This document shows, in pieces, positions 29,441 to 40,133 of a stretch of 57,947 nt of DNA. The number at the start of each line of letters is the position of its first letter. The stretch's first letter is position 1. Source of the stretch: Desulfovibrio sp. (GTDB lineage Bacteria > Desulfobacterota > Desulfovibrionia > Desulfovibrionales > Desulfovibrionaceae); assembly GCA_031276785.1 (NCBI GenBank), contig JAISMK010000060.1, forward strand, positions 1 through 57,947, given 5' to 3'. The position numbers and the translations under genes were made by a program. The notes below the pieces were generated by a model, which worked only from the letters and a program-made list of their open reading frames with translations, did no database searches and was not told where the DNA came from.

Positions 29441-29530
29441 CCCACCTGGCACGGACGGCCCCGTACCTCCTCAACAGGCAATTCGGTTTCCAGATAAAAT
29501 TGCATAAGGCAAGTTATCTGGAACTCGAAT

Positions 29531-29660
29531 TAGGGCATTTTACGCTTGAAATGCTTGCTTGTCGGCGAGCAAAGCTCGCCGACAAGCAAGCATTTCGCGG
29601 CAAGGATTTGCGAGCAAATCCTTGCAGAGCAGTCCAACGTTTAAAAGTTAAACTGCTCTA
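29531..29660. repeat. Family A repeat, full length (inverted)
   Basis: Matches 54702-54827; terminal cta is the stop of 29658-31205. Confidence 0.8.
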
Positions 29661-31205
29661 AGCCAGAAAGGCCCGGCGGACGGCTTCCGGAGTGGGAGCG
29701 GTGAAAAGCAGATCCCGGAAGGCCGCCACCTCGGCAGCATGGGCGGGATGGGCGCGGCAGGCCCGCAGCCGGAGCAGGGCCGGTTCTATGTCCCCGGTTT
29801 GGCGCACTGCTTCCCACAGCCGCCCCCGGCCGCAAGGGGGAAGATAATTCAGGCCCAGGCCGGGAATGCCCGAGGGATCCTCCGCCTGTATAACCGGCAG
29901 ATCCAGGGCGGCTGCCTCGGCCAGGGAGCCGGACCCGGCCCCGATGACAGCCCCGCAGCTCCGCAAGGCCTGAATAAGCGGACCGTCCGCCAGGGCCGGG
30001 GAAGGCGGCAGGCGTGAGGCGAACTCCTCCGCCCGGACCGCGGGATGGAACCTGTAGGCAAGAGCGCGGCCGGCGCGGGCCAGAGGCAGGACCAGATCCA
30101 GGACGCGGGCCGTCTCCTTCGGATGATAAGACAAAAGGACCAGAAGCGGTCCGGACTCCTCTGCGGCGGCCAGGGGCGCGAACAGATGCCCGTAGCGCAG
30201 GGATGGGCCGGTGGCGTAGTTCTGAATGGTCTTTTCCGGAAGAAAGAACGGGCCGTTGACCAGAACCAGGTCAGGCGCCAGGCCGAGGGCGGCCTCGCCG
30301 TCATCGGGATGGTTGTTGAGCAGGGTGTCCGGCCAGATAAAAAGCTGGGCGCCCACACAGGGTATATGCCTGCCGGTCAGGCGCTCCGCCTGGGACAGGC
30401 CGCGGCACAGGGCCTTGTTGCCGGTCTGGTTTTCATACCAGGAAATAAGGCGGGAGGTCCGCGGCAGGGAGGCCAGGGCGGCGCCCAGGCGCAGACCGGC
30501 CAGGCGGCGGGCCTCGCCGTCCAGAACATTCTGCCCCGCGGTCCGGACCAGGGCACCGCGAATCCAGGCCTCCGGCGAGGCGGGGTCCGCCCCGTCCAGG
30601 GAACGGATCAGGCGGTACAAGGCCGGAGGGTAGGCCAGACAGTGCCATAGCAGACGGAACCAGTCCGACCAGGAGAACAGGCCGGCCTCGGTAATTCCCG
30701 GCCCGGCGGCGGCCAGAACCCGCAGAGCTTTCCACAAAACTCGGGGCCGGCGGCTGCCGTAAAGGCGGTACAGACGCACCGGGATATGCCCCTCCTGCTG
30801 CAGGGCGCGGTCCAGGCCGGGCAGGTATCCTTCCTTAAAGCCTCCGTCGCGGGCCAGGCCGGGCAGGAGGGCGAAGGTATCCAGGATCGCGGCCGGGGGA
30901 GCGTCCTTTGCCCGCAGGACCGCCCAGGGAAGCCTCCAGCGCAGCAGGACCAGGAAGAGCCTGGTCAGAAGCAGGAAACAGAAATGCCCGCCGTTGGTCA
31001 GGCAGTAGCGCGCCGCCAGGCGGACGCGCCCGGCCGGTCCCAGGGGGGGGTATGGCTCCCGGCGCAGAAACCGGCCCAGAATATCCCCCTGGTGAGGCGC
31101 CTTGGACAGGACGGGACAGGCCAGGAGACGGTCGTCGGCCAGAGCCCGCCCGGTGATCCGGGAAAAGGCGTCAAAAAGCTCGCCGGGGCGGCCGGAGGGG
31201 CGCAT
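29658..31205 (-). CDS. Hypothetical protein, probably surface-glycan related (GT-B-like C-terminus)
   Basis: TGATG coupling to the epimerase; WYENQ, RFHP, SGSLAEAAALDLPVI. Confidence 0.6.
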   Translation of the reverse strand: MRPSGRPGELFDAFSRITGRALADDRLLACPVLSKAPHQGDILGRFLRREPYPPLGPAGRVRLAARYCLTNGGHFCFLLLTRLFLVLLRWRLPWAVLRAKDAPPAAILDTFALLPGLARDGGFKEGYLPGLDRALQQEGHIPVRLYRLYGSRRPRVLWKALRVLAAAGPGITEAGLFSWSDWFRLLWHCLAYPPALYRLIRSLDGADPASPEAWIRGALVRTAGQNVLDGEARRLAGLRLGAALASLPRTSRLISWYENQTGNKALCRGLSQAERLTGRHIPCVGAQLFIWPDTLLNNHPDDGEAALGLAPDLVLVNGPFFLPEKTIQNYATGPSLRYGHLFAPLAAAEESGPLLVLLSYHPKETARVLDLVLPLARAGRALAYRFHPAVRAEEFASRLPPSPALADGPLIQALRSCGAVIGAGSGSLAEAAALDLPVIQAEDPSGIPGLGLNYLPPCGRGRLWEAVRQTGDIEPALLRLRACRAHPAHAAEVAAFRDLLFTAPTPEAVRRAFLA

Positions 31206-32167
31206 CAGGGCGTACCTGCCGGGGGCGCCGTTCCGGCGTCCTGGCAGGAGGTGTGCCAGGCATACATGCGGGCCAGACCCTGCTCCAGAGACACGCTGGG
31301 GGCGTAGCCCAGGCAGGCGGACGCCAGGGAGCGGTCCGCGGCAATTCCGAAGATGTCCCCGGGAGTGCCGCCCCTGTATTCCACCTCCACCGGCAGGGAG
31401 GAAAGGGCGCATAGCCGGTCCACCAGGTCGCCCACCCGTACCCGGCCGGAACCGCCGATGTTGATCTCCCTGCCCTCGGATTCCGGGTGATCCAGACAGC
31501 GCAGAAAAGCATCCACCACGTCCGCGATGTGAACGAAATCCCGGAAACGCTCAGGGCTGCCCTTGACCAGAATGCGCCCCTCCCCCACCATCATGGCCAG
31601 GTAGATGCTGACCATGCCCTGGCGCATGTTCTCCATGTTCTGCCCCTCTCCATAGACATTGAAAAGGCGCAGAGCGGTGGAGCGAATCCCGTATTGTCCG
31701 TACAGGCGCAGATAGTGTTCGCTGGCCAGTTTGCCCACCCCGTAAAAAGACAACGGCCGGGCCGGGGCGTCCTCTGAAACCACCGGAGTTTCCGGATTGC
31801 CGTATACGGACATGCTGCTGGCATAGAGGAACCGGCCGCAGCCCACGGACAGGGAGAAGCGCAGCAGGCGCAGAGTGGATTCGGCGTTGGTGCGCAGGTC
31901 ATAAACCGGATCGTCGAAGCTGATCTCCCCGCTGCTCTGTCCAGCGATGTGCAATACGGCGTCATAGGCTCTGCGCGGCAGAGCGCTCTCATAGACTCCG
32001 CCGTCCTGGCAGTCCCCCCGGACAAACAGGGCGCCGGCTGGCACCTTCTCCAACCGCCCGGTGGTCAGATTATCCAGGCCCACCACCTCATGCCCCTGCT
32101 CCAGCAGCGCCCCGGCCACAGCCGATCCTATAAACCCGGCGATTCCCGTCACCAGATAGCAGCCCAT
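31205..32167 (-). CDS. NAD-dependent nucleotide-sugar epimerase/dehydratase
   Basis: LVTGIAGFIGS, ASSMSVYG, YGVGK, LRLFNVYG. Confidence 0.92.
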   Translation of the reverse strand: MGCYLVTGIAGFIGSAVAGALLEQGHEVVGLDNLTTGRLEKVPAGALFVRGDCQDGGVYESALPRRAYDAVLHIAGQSSGEISFDDPVYDLRTNAESTLRLLRFSLSVGCGRFLYASSMSVYGNPETPVVSEDAPARPLSFYGVGKLASEHYLRLYGQYGIRSTALRLFNVYGEGQNMENMRQGMVSIYLAMMVGEGRILVKGSPERFRDFVHIADVVDAFLRCLDHPESEGREINIGGSGRVRVGDLVDRLCALSSLPVEVEYRGGTPGDIFGIAADRSLASACLGYAPSVSLEQGLARMYAWHTSCQDAGTAPPAGTP

Positions 32168-32324
32168 ACCTTCTCCCCTTTTTGCGCATGATACTCTCCA
32201 AGCGCAAGTTTTGCACTTTGAAATCCTCCGGCGGCCGCGCCGCGCTCTCCTGTAATTCCACTTGCAGCCGGAGAAATTTTTCTGCACAATCGCTACGCGC
32301 GGATCGTCCGCCGGGAGAGGTAAC

Positions 32325-33116
32325 ATGCGCTACGGATTTATCGGACTGGGCAATATGGCCTCGGCCATAATCAGGGGCATGATCGCCTCGGACCGTTTCA
32401 GGCCGCGGCAGATCCAAGGATACGACATCCTGCCGGAGACGGCGTCCGCCCTGGCGCGGAGTACGGGCATCACCCTCCTGGAATCCCCGGCCGAGGCCGC
32501 CCGGGCGGATATCCTGATTCTGGCCGTCAAGCCCCAGATTCTGGAAGGGGTTCTGCGGGATCTGCGCGCCCTGCCTCTGGACTGCGCCTTGGTCATTTCC
32601 ATAGCCGCCGGCAGGGATCTGGCCTTTCTGCAGACCTGGCTGGGGGAGAACACTCCCCTTGTCCGGGTCATGCCCAACATCAACGCTAAAGTGGGAGCGG
32701 CCACCAGCGCCTTGGCCGCCAATGACCGGGTGTCCACGGAGCTGAAGGAGGAGGCGGCCCGGATCTTCTCCAGCGTGGGGTCCGTCATGGAACTGCCCGA
32801 GACGCTTTTCCCCGTCTTCGGAGCTATTGCCGGGGCCTCGCCGGCCTTTTGCTATCTGTACATAGACGCCCTGGCTCGGGCCGGAGTCCGGGGGGGCATG
32901 TCCAGGACCCAGGCCCTGAAAGCGGCTGCCGGCACGGTTCTGGGCAGCGCCAGAATGGTTTTGGAAAGCGGGGAACATCCTTTCGCCCTGATTGATCAGG
33001 TAAGCTCCCCGGCCGGGACCACCGTGGAAGGGATCTGCGCCCTGCAGTCCCTGGGTTTTGAAAGCGCCGTGCATCAGGCGGTGGCGGCGGTCATGCGGCG
33101 GGAAAACTCACTGTAA
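32325..33116 (+). CDS. proC: Pyrroline-5-carboxylate reductase
   Basis: GFIGLGNMA, LAVKPQ, SIAAG, VRVMPN, VSSPAGTT. Confidence 0.95.
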   Translation: MRYGFIGLGNMASAIIRGMIASDRFRPRQIQGYDILPETASALARSTGITLLESPAEAARADILILAVKPQILEGVLRDLRALPLDCALVISIAAGRDLAFLQTWLGENTPLVRVMPNINAKVGAATSALAANDRVSTELKEEAARIFSSVGSVMELPETLFPVFGAIAGASPAFCYLYIDALARAGVRGGMSRTQALKAAAGTVLGSARMVLESGEHPFALIDQVSSPAGTTVEGICALQSLGFESAVHQAVAAVMRRENSL

Positions 33117-33281
33117 CCCTCCCTTCCCGAAGATGCAGGCGAGCCCTATTCCAATTCCAGGTTAAAAATGTCTTGATTTTTAAAACATTTTCCCGGAACC
33201 ATGCGCCTCTTGCAACTTCGTTTTAAGTGGCACATGGTAAGCGAAAAATGCTCTAGCTTGACGCCAGGCGGATTTATACGC

Positions 33282-36200
33282 ATGAACCCGGATTCATTGC
33301 TTCTTGGACTGGATGTGGGCTCCACCACTGTGAAGGTGGTGGTTCTGGACGATGGCGGATGCCTGCTCTTTGCCCGATACGCCCGCCATTATTCAGAAGT
33401 GTACGCGACTGTTCTTTCTCTCCTGCGGGCCGTGGACGAGGCTTTTCCCGGAGCATCCTGGAAGCTGGGCGCCACCGGCTCCGGCGCCCTGACCTTGGCC
33501 GGCAAGCTTGGCCTGCCCTTTATCCAGGAGGTGCTGGCCTCCAGTCTTGCCATCCGCACCCTGCTTCCCCAGGCGGACGTGGCCATTGAGTTGGGCGGCG
33601 AGGATGCCAAACTGACCTTCTTCCGGGGGGGCGTGGACCAGCGCATGAATGAAACCTGCGCCGGCGGCACCGGAGCCTTCATTGACCAAATGGCCGCCTT
33701 CATCCAGACGGACGCCGCCGGCCTGGACGCTCTGGCGTCCCGCCACAGCACCATCTATCCCATTGCCTCGCGCTGCGGGGTCTTCGCCAAAACGGACATT
33801 CTGCCCCTGCTCAACGAGGGAAGCTCCCGCGAAGACATCGCCGCCTCCATCATGCAGTCGGTGGTCAACCAGACCATCAGCGGCCTGGCCAGGGGGAGAG
33901 CCATAGAGGGAGCCGTGGCCTTTCTGGGCGGCCCGCTGACCTTCCTGCCCTCCCTGCGCCAGCGCTTTGCGGCAACTCTGGATCTGGCCCCGGAACAGAT
34001 CCTTTTTCCGGAACATTCTGAATTCTTTGTAGCCATCGGAGCTGCTCTGTCCCTGCGCGAGGCAAGGGGAAGGGGCGATCTGCCCGGAGCCATTGCCGGC
34101 CTGACCGCCGGCGCCGGCAGCGAGGTCAAGCATGTCCTGCCGGCCCTGTTCGCCGACGGCGAGAGCCGGGACGCCTTTTACCGCCGCCACGCCAGGCGGC
34201 AGGTGGCCCGCCTTCCCCTGGAACAGGCCTCGGGCGACGCCTGGCTCGGCCTGGACAGCGGCTCCACCACCATCAAGGCCGTACTCATTGATGACCAGGG
34301 ACGCCTCCTCTACTCTTCCTACGGCCCCAACAAAGGGGATCCTCTGAACGCGGCCCTGGGCATCCTGCGTGAGATCTACGCCCGCAAACGCGCGGATCTG
34401 CGCATCCGGGCGGCGGCGACCACTGGCTACGGCAGCGCCATGCTGGCCGCCGGCCTGCAGGCCGATTTCGACGAGGTGGAAACCGTGGCCCACCTTACGG
34501 CGGCCCGTTTTTTCGAACCGGATGTCAGCTTCATTCTGGACATCGGCGGCCAGGACATAAAATGCCTGTCTATCCGTAATGGCGCCATTGACCAGATTCA
34601 GCTCAACGAGGCCTGCTCCGCCGGTTGCGGCTCCTTTATCGAAAATTTCGCCGTCTCGCTGGAAATGACCTTGCCGGAATTCGTATCCCTGTCCCTGAAG
34701 GCCGGAGACCCGGTGGACCTGGGCACGCGCTGCACGGTTTTCATGAACTCCAAGGTCAAGCAGGCCCAGAAGGAAGGCGCCCTTATAGCCGACATAGCCG
34801 CCGGGCTGTGCTATTCCGTGATCCGCAACGCATGTTACAAGGTCATGAAAATCAGCAACCCGGAGGAACTGGGCAAAAAGGTGGTGGTGCAGGGGGGGGC
34901 CTTCATCAATGACGGCCTGCTGCGCGCCTTGGAGCTGGAAATAGGCCAGGAGGTCATCCGGCCGGACATTCCCGGCCTCATGGGCGCCTTCGGCGCCGCC
35001 CTCATCGCCCGCGACCGGGGAAGCCGTAAAAGCGCCCTCATAGGCCCCGAGGCTGTGGAAGCCTTCAATATGAAAACCTCCACCGCCCGCTGCCGCCACT
35101 GCTCCAACAGCTGCCTGCTGACCATCAGCACCTTCCCGGACAGGCGCCGGTTCATCTCCGGCAACCGCTGCGAGCGCGGCTCAGGCACCCTGCCCCAGAA
35201 TCTGCCCAACCTCTACCGTTTCAAGCAGGAACGCCTCTTCGACCACTACACCCCGCTGGAACGCGCCAACGCTCCCCGCGGAGTAATAGGCATTCCCCGC
35301 GCCCTCAACATCTACGAGAACTATCCTCTCTGGTTCACCCTCCTGACCAGGCTGGGCTACAGGGTGGAGCTGTCCTCGCCTTCCTCCAAAGAGCTTTTTT
35401 TCCGCGGCTACGAAACCATCCCCTCCCAGACGGTCTGCTACCCGGCGAAACTGGCCCACGGCCATATCATGGACCTCCTGGACCGCGAGATCCAAGCTAT
35501 CTTCTTCCCCTGCATCTCCTTCGAGCGCAAGGATTTCAGCACCCAGGCCAACAATTACAACTGCCCCGTGGTCATAGGCTATCCCGAACTGCTGGCCAGA
35601 AACATCAATGAGCTGAAAAAGCGCAGCATTCCCATTATCCACGACTTCCTGCCCCTGTCCAGAAATCTTCTGGGCAAGCGCCTGCGCAACATACCCATGT
35701 TCTCCCTAATCCCTGCCCAGGAAATGGAGGATGCCGTGCGCAAGGCCTTTGCCGAGATGGATCGCTTCAAGGAGGATGTGCGCCGGGCCGGGGAACGCGC
35801 CTTGGAAGTCCTGCGCGCAACGGGCAAGTTCGGCGTGGTGGTGGCCGGCCACCCCTACCATGTGGATCTGGAGATCCATCACGGCATTGCCGAGCTTATC
35901 ACCTCCTGCGGCATGGGCGTGCTGACTGAGGATTCCATCTCCCATCTGGCCCCGGACCCGGGCCCGTTGCGGGTCGTGGACCAGTGGACCTACCACTCGC
36001 GCCTGTACCGGGCCGGAAGCTTCGCGGCCAGCGCCGACAACATCGCCATCCTCCAACTGATCTCCTTCGGCTGCGGCCTGGACGCCATCACCTCGGACCA
36101 GCTTCAGGAAATCGTCACGCGCAACGGTCGCCTATACGCTCAGATAAAGATCGACGAGGGCGCCAATCTCGGCCCGGCCCGCATTCGCATCCGCTCTCTG

Positions 36201-37490
36201 CACGCGGCCCTGAAGGAACGCCGGGAAAAGAGCCTCTTTCCCTCCAGCAGGGCATACTACCGCGGCTCCCCTCCATTCACCAGAAAAATGAAGGAAACAC
36301 ATACCATTCTGATTCCTCAGCTTTCCCCCGTCCATTTCCAGTTTCTGGAAACGATCTTCTCCGCGGACGGCTACAAGGTCCGGCAGCTCCCCGGCGTCGA
36401 CCGCGAGGCCATTGACCTCGGCCTGCGCTACGTCAATAACGATGCCTGCTTTCCGGCCATTGTGGTGATCGGCCAGTTGCTGCAGGCCGTACACAGCGGA
36501 GAGTTCGATCCTGAGCGCATCGCCCTGCTTATCTCCCAGACCGGAGGAGGCTGCCGGGCCACCAACTATATTGCCTTCCTGCGCAAGGCTCTGGTGGATT
36601 GCGGCCTGGAGCGGGTGCCCATCCTCTCCTTCAACATGGATCAGAACGCCGGAAAGGAGGAAGCCGGCTTCCTCCTTTCCGGAAAAATGCTGTTGCGGGC
36701 CATAATGGCCGGCTACTACGGCGACACCCTGATGCGCCTGCTACACAGGGTGCGCCCCTATGAGCTGGAAGAGGGAGACGCCGACCGTCTGGCCGGGGAG
36801 TGGGCCGAAAAGGGCAAAAAGGCCATCGCCTCCGCCAGTATCCTGCGCTTTGACTGGACTCTGCTGGCCATGATCAGAGCCTTTGACCGCATGCCTCTCT
36901 CCACAGAGAATCGCCGGCCCCGCGTGGGACTGGTGGGGGAAATTCTCCTTAAGTACCACCCTGACGCCAACAACCACGCCGCCCGCGTGGTGGAAAAAGA
37001 AGGCGGGGAGGCCATTGTCTCCGACCTCATGGATTTCGTCCTCTACTGCATGTACGACGACATCTTCAACTATAAGTATCTGTCCGGAAAATGGCGGAAC
37101 TATATCGCAGGCCGCATCAGCATAGCCGTTCTGGAATTCACCCGCTCCGTAATGCGACTCGGCCTGCGCATGAGCAGGCGCTTTTCTCCGCCAGCCCGCT
37201 TCAGCGAACTGCGCGGCAAGGTCAAAGGGCTGATCTCCCTGGGACACCAGACCGGGGAAGGCTGGCTTCTGACCGCGGAAATGGTGAAACTGCTGGAGTC
37301 CGGCGTTACCAACATACTGTGCATGCAGCCTTTTGGCTGCCTGCCCAACCACATTACCGGCAAGGGACTGCTCAAGGAGCTGAAACAGCGCTTTCCCGCC
37401 GCCAATATAATTGCCGTGGACTACGACCCCGGCGCCAGCGAAGTCAACCAGATCAACCGCATCAAGCTGATGATGTCCATTGCCAAGTAG
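33282..37490 (+). CDS. 2-hydroxyacyl-CoA dehydratase activase-related multidomain protein (two BadF/BadG ATPase domains + DUF2229-like)
   Basis: GLDVGSTT and GLDSGSTT, CAGGTG and CSAGCG, C..C...C, CYPAK, CFPA, PFGCLPNH. Confidence 0.9.
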   Translation: MNPDSLLLGLDVGSTTVKVVVLDDGGCLLFARYARHYSEVYATVLSLLRAVDEAFPGASWKLGATGSGALTLAGKLGLPFIQEVLASSLAIRTLLPQADVAIELGGEDAKLTFFRGGVDQRMNETCAGGTGAFIDQMAAFIQTDAAGLDALASRHSTIYPIASRCGVFAKTDILPLLNEGSSREDIAASIMQSVVNQTISGLARGRAIEGAVAFLGGPLTFLPSLRQRFAATLDLAPEQILFPEHSEFFVAIGAALSLREARGRGDLPGAIAGLTAGAGSEVKHVLPALFADGESRDAFYRRHARRQVARLPLEQASGDAWLGLDSGSTTIKAVLIDDQGRLLYSSYGPNKGDPLNAALGILREIYARKRADLRIRAAATTGYGSAMLAAGLQADFDEVETVAHLTAARFFEPDVSFILDIGGQDIKCLSIRNGAIDQIQLNEACSAGCGSFIENFAVSLEMTLPEFVSLSLKAGDPVDLGTRCTVFMNSKVKQAQKEGALIADIAAGLCYSVIRNACYKVMKISNPEELGKKVVVQGGAFINDGLLRALELEIGQEVIRPDIPGLMGAFGAALIARDRGSRKSALIGPEAVEAFNMKTSTARCRHCSNSCLLTISTFPDRRRFISGNRCERGSGTLPQNLPNLYRFKQERLFDHYTPLERANAPRGVIGIPRALNIYENYPLWFTLLTRLGYRVELSSPSSKELFFRGYETIPSQTVCYPAKLAHGHIMDLLDREIQAIFFPCISFERKDFSTQANNYNCPVVIGYPELLARNINELKKRSIPIIHDFLPLSRNLLGKRLRNIPMFSLIPAQEMEDAVRKAFAEMDRFKEDVRRAGERALEVLRATGKFGVVVAGHPYHVDLEIHHGIAELITSCGMGVLTEDSISHLAPDPGPLRVVDQWTYHSRLYRAGSFAASADNIAILQLISFGCGLDAITSDQLQEIVTRNGRLYAQIKIDEGANLGPARIRIRSLHAALKERREKSLFPSSRAYYRGSPPFTRKMKETHTILIPQLSPVHFQFLETIFSADGYKVRQLPGVDREAIDLGLRYVNNDACFPAIVVIGQLLQAVHSGEFDPERIALLISQTGGGCRATNYIAFLRKALVDCGLERVPILSFNMDQNAGKEEAGFLLSGKMLLRAIMAGYYGDTLMRLLHRVRPYELEEGDADRLAGEWAEKGKKAIASASILRFDWTLLAMIRAFDRMPLSTENRRPRVGLVGEILLKYHPDANNHAARVVEKEGGEAIVSDLMDFVLYCMYDDIFNYKYLSGKWRNYIAGRISIAVLEFTRSVMRLGLRMSRRFSPPARFSELRGKVKGLISLGHQTGEGWLLTAEMVKLLESGVTNILCMQPFGCLPNHITGKGLLKELKQRFPAANIIAVDYDPGASEVNQINRIKLMMSIAK

Positions 37491-37853
37491 GGATATTTCA
37501 AAAGCAGGAGATCCCCTTTGCCCGGAACGCGGGCCGGAGACCCGCTGCCTGGGCCGGATGGAACCCTTTACAAGTTTCCTGGACAACGGTATGAATCAGA
37601 GAGTTCAACAAAAAAGGTGAGTCCGGAGGAAGCGCGACCCGTGCCGCCGGCAGGGAGAGTATGTTCCGCGGCCCGTCTTTAAGGTCTTTACTTTCTCATG
37701 TCACTGATACATAAGCACTGGAACAATCTCATTTTGAAATAGTTCTGGCGGCGAAAGCGGATGCCTGCCGCCAGCTTCTGAGGCGTAGGCGAAGCCGCGT
37801 TTTGTCGTTAAGCGCCGAAGGCGGCGTTTAAAAAATGTTTTAAGGAGGAAAGC

Positions 37854-38381
37854 ATGTCTCCACTTCAGCGTAAATACGCGTTCTCCTGGGATGTTGTCGG
37901 CGCGGACATGAGTCTCGCCCGGCCCAGCATGGGAGCGTCATTAAGCGTTGAGATGTACAGACTTCTCCAGTTCACCATGCGTGATATTCTGGAGCAGAGA
38001 TACGGCACGGACATCGTGGATACCCTGTTTTTTGAATCCGGCGTGCTGGCCGGACAGGCCTTTTATGATCGCTACCTGAAAGGTGCCACGGACGTGAACT
38101 CCCTGGTCAAGACCATTCAGGACAAATTTCAGGAACTGGGAGTGGGCATTTTCCGGGTGGAAATGGCCGATGCCTCGGGAAAGTCCTTCACCTTTGTCGT
38201 GGATGAGGATCTGGACTGCTCCGGCCTGCCCGACAACGCCGAACATATCTGCGTCTATGACGAAGGCTTTATCAAGGGCATTCTGGATTCCTTCACCTCA
38301 TCCGACTACACGGTCAAAGAAATCGACTGCTGGTGCTCCGGCGCCAGAACATGCAGGTTCAGCGCGGAAAAGGAAGGCTAG
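37854..38381 (+). CDS. V4R-domain protein
   Basis: EDLDCSGLP...ICVYDEGFI.GI...EIDCW..G..TCRF. Confidence 0.88.
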   Translation: MSPLQRKYAFSWDVVGADMSLARPSMGASLSVEMYRLLQFTMRDILEQRYGTDIVDTLFFESGVLAGQAFYDRYLKGATDVNSLVKTIQDKFQELGVGIFRVEMADASGKSFTFVVDEDLDCSGLPDNAEHICVYDEGFIKGILDSFTSSDYTVKEIDCWCSGARTCRFSAEKEG

Positions 38382-38384
38382 TGT

Positions 38385-39452
38385 ATGGACGACCAGCGCA
38401 ACGATGAGACCTTGTCTCTTGCGCTTGATCACATCACCAAACTCCTCTCCTCCGCCGCCGATCCCTCCATTCCCGCAGAGCTGGCGGGGTGCGACCAGTT
38501 GCAGTTCATTCACAGCTATGTGGTCAGTATCCGGGATATCCTGTCCCGTTTTGCCTCCGGGGATTTCAGCTTCACCATCACCGACCGGGGGGTTCTGGCG
38601 GGCAGCCTGAAAGCCCTGCAAGCCAACCTGCGCCATTTGATCTGGCAGGTCAAACAGGTGGAGGGCGGGGACTTCTCCCAGCGAGTCCGCTTTCTGGGAG
38701 AATTTTCCGAGTCCTTCAACAGCATGGTGGTGCAACTGGACTCGGCCCTATCCGCCATGAAAAAAAAAGAAGAGGAACTCACCGACCTGAGCGACCGCCT
38801 GCAGGAGGAAGTGCGCGAGCGCAACAACGCGTTGCTAGCCCTGGAGCACAGCGAGGCGAAGTTCCGCTATCTGGCCGAGCATGACCCTCTGACCGGGGTT
38901 CTCAACAGAAGGTCCTTCTTCGGTCTGGCCGAACTGGAACTGCGCCGCAATGCCATGGAAAACAACCCCTCCAGCCTGGCTATGCTGGATGTGGATCACT
39001 TTAAAAAATTCAACGACACTTACGGCCACCTGGAAGGGGACAAGGCCCTCAGGCATGTGGCCGCCCAAGGCAAGAGCAGCCTGCGCCAAAGCGACATCAT
39101 GTCCAGATTCGGCGGAGAGGAGTTCGTCTTCCTCTTTCCCCACGCCGACCTGAACCAGGGCATTACCGCGGCCGAACGCATCCGTACGGTTATCTGCGAG
39201 CATCCTGTCGTCCTGGATAACGGTAAGGAGGTTTTCATCACCGCCAGCCTGGGCGTGGTCCGCATTTCCCCCAACACCCAGGAAGAGGAGACCAAGCAGC
39301 TCATGCGGGCCATCAGCGCCGCCGATCAGGCCCTTTACGAGGCCAAGCACACCGGACGCAACAAGGTGGTCCAGGTAGAAATGGACTCCATAGAAGCCCA
39401 GTTGGACCACTCGCTGGAGACAACCGCGTCTCCCGGGGCAACCGCGCCTTAG
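38385..39452 (+). CDS. HAMP-GGDEF diguanylate cyclase
   Basis: HDPLTGVLNRR, DVDHFKKFNDTYGH, RFGGEEF, ADQALYEAK; HAMP-like GDFSQRV..LGEFSESFNSM. Confidence 0.93.
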   Translation: MDDQRNDETLSLALDHITKLLSSAADPSIPAELAGCDQLQFIHSYVVSIRDILSRFASGDFSFTITDRGVLAGSLKALQANLRHLIWQVKQVEGGDFSQRVRFLGEFSESFNSMVVQLDSALSAMKKKEEELTDLSDRLQEEVRERNNALLALEHSEAKFRYLAEHDPLTGVLNRRSFFGLAELELRRNAMENNPSSLAMLDVDHFKKFNDTYGHLEGDKALRHVAAQGKSSLRQSDIMSRFGGEEFVFLFPHADLNQGITAAERIRTVICEHPVVLDNGKEVFITASLGVVRISPNTQEEETKQLMRAISAADQALYEAKHTGRNKVVQVEMDSIEAQLDHSLETTASPGATAP

Positions 39453-39576
39453 AGCAGTTTAACTTTGTAAAAGTTGGACTGCTCTGCAAGGATTTGCCTG
39501 CGAATCCCTGCCGCGAGATGGCTGCAGGCGAGCTTTGCTCGCCGTCAAGCAAGCATTTCAAGCCTAAAATACTATA
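39450..39576. repeat. Family A repeat, full length
   Basis: Begins with the GGDEF TAG stop; matches 1599-1726. Confidence 0.8.
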
Positions 39577-39690
39577 GAGCATTTTTTCTTTGATATTACA
39601 CGCAGCAAGCTCGCTTTAAGCCAGGCCCGACCCTGCGCTTGACAGCGCAATTTATTTGCAAGGATTTGCGGGCGAATCCCGGCAGCGGTT

Positions 39691-39774
39691 GCGAGAGTGG
39701 CGGAACGGCAGACGCACCGGACTTAGAATCCGGCGGTATCATCCGTGGGGGTTCAAGTCCCCCCTCTCGCACCA
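39691..39774 (+). tRNA. tRNA-Leu(TAG)
   Basis: Acceptor gcgagag/ctctcgc, anticodon arm ccgga-ctTAGaa-tccgg, CCA end. Confidence 0.95.
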
Positions 39775-40133
39775 GATAAACTGCCATAGGTTTCCATAAA
39801 AATCCGTGTGAGCTTACTCTCATGCGGATTTTTCTGATTCATTTTTCCATAAGCATCCATAATTTTCCATTGACTTCCGAGTAACTTTTGGGGCAACTTT
39901 GGGGGCCACTCTCCCCGTCCAAAAAGAGTCGCCCCCATGCCGCTTATTCCAATTCCAGTTTAAAAATGCTTTAATTTTTGACCTGGAATTGGAATGCGCG
40001 ACAGAATGTCGCTCCGAAATGCGAAGCATTTCAAGAGGCGAGGCGAAATCACATTTTTGCCGCAGCCGACAGATAAAAATTGCAGGATGCAATTTTTATC
40101 TGGAATCCGAATGAGTCAGGGATTACTGCGCCT

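Noticed and set aside
33228..33243. Sigma54 promoter TGGCACATGGTAAGCG before the CoA-activase
   Set aside because: Correct spacing but poor -12 element; too weak to call
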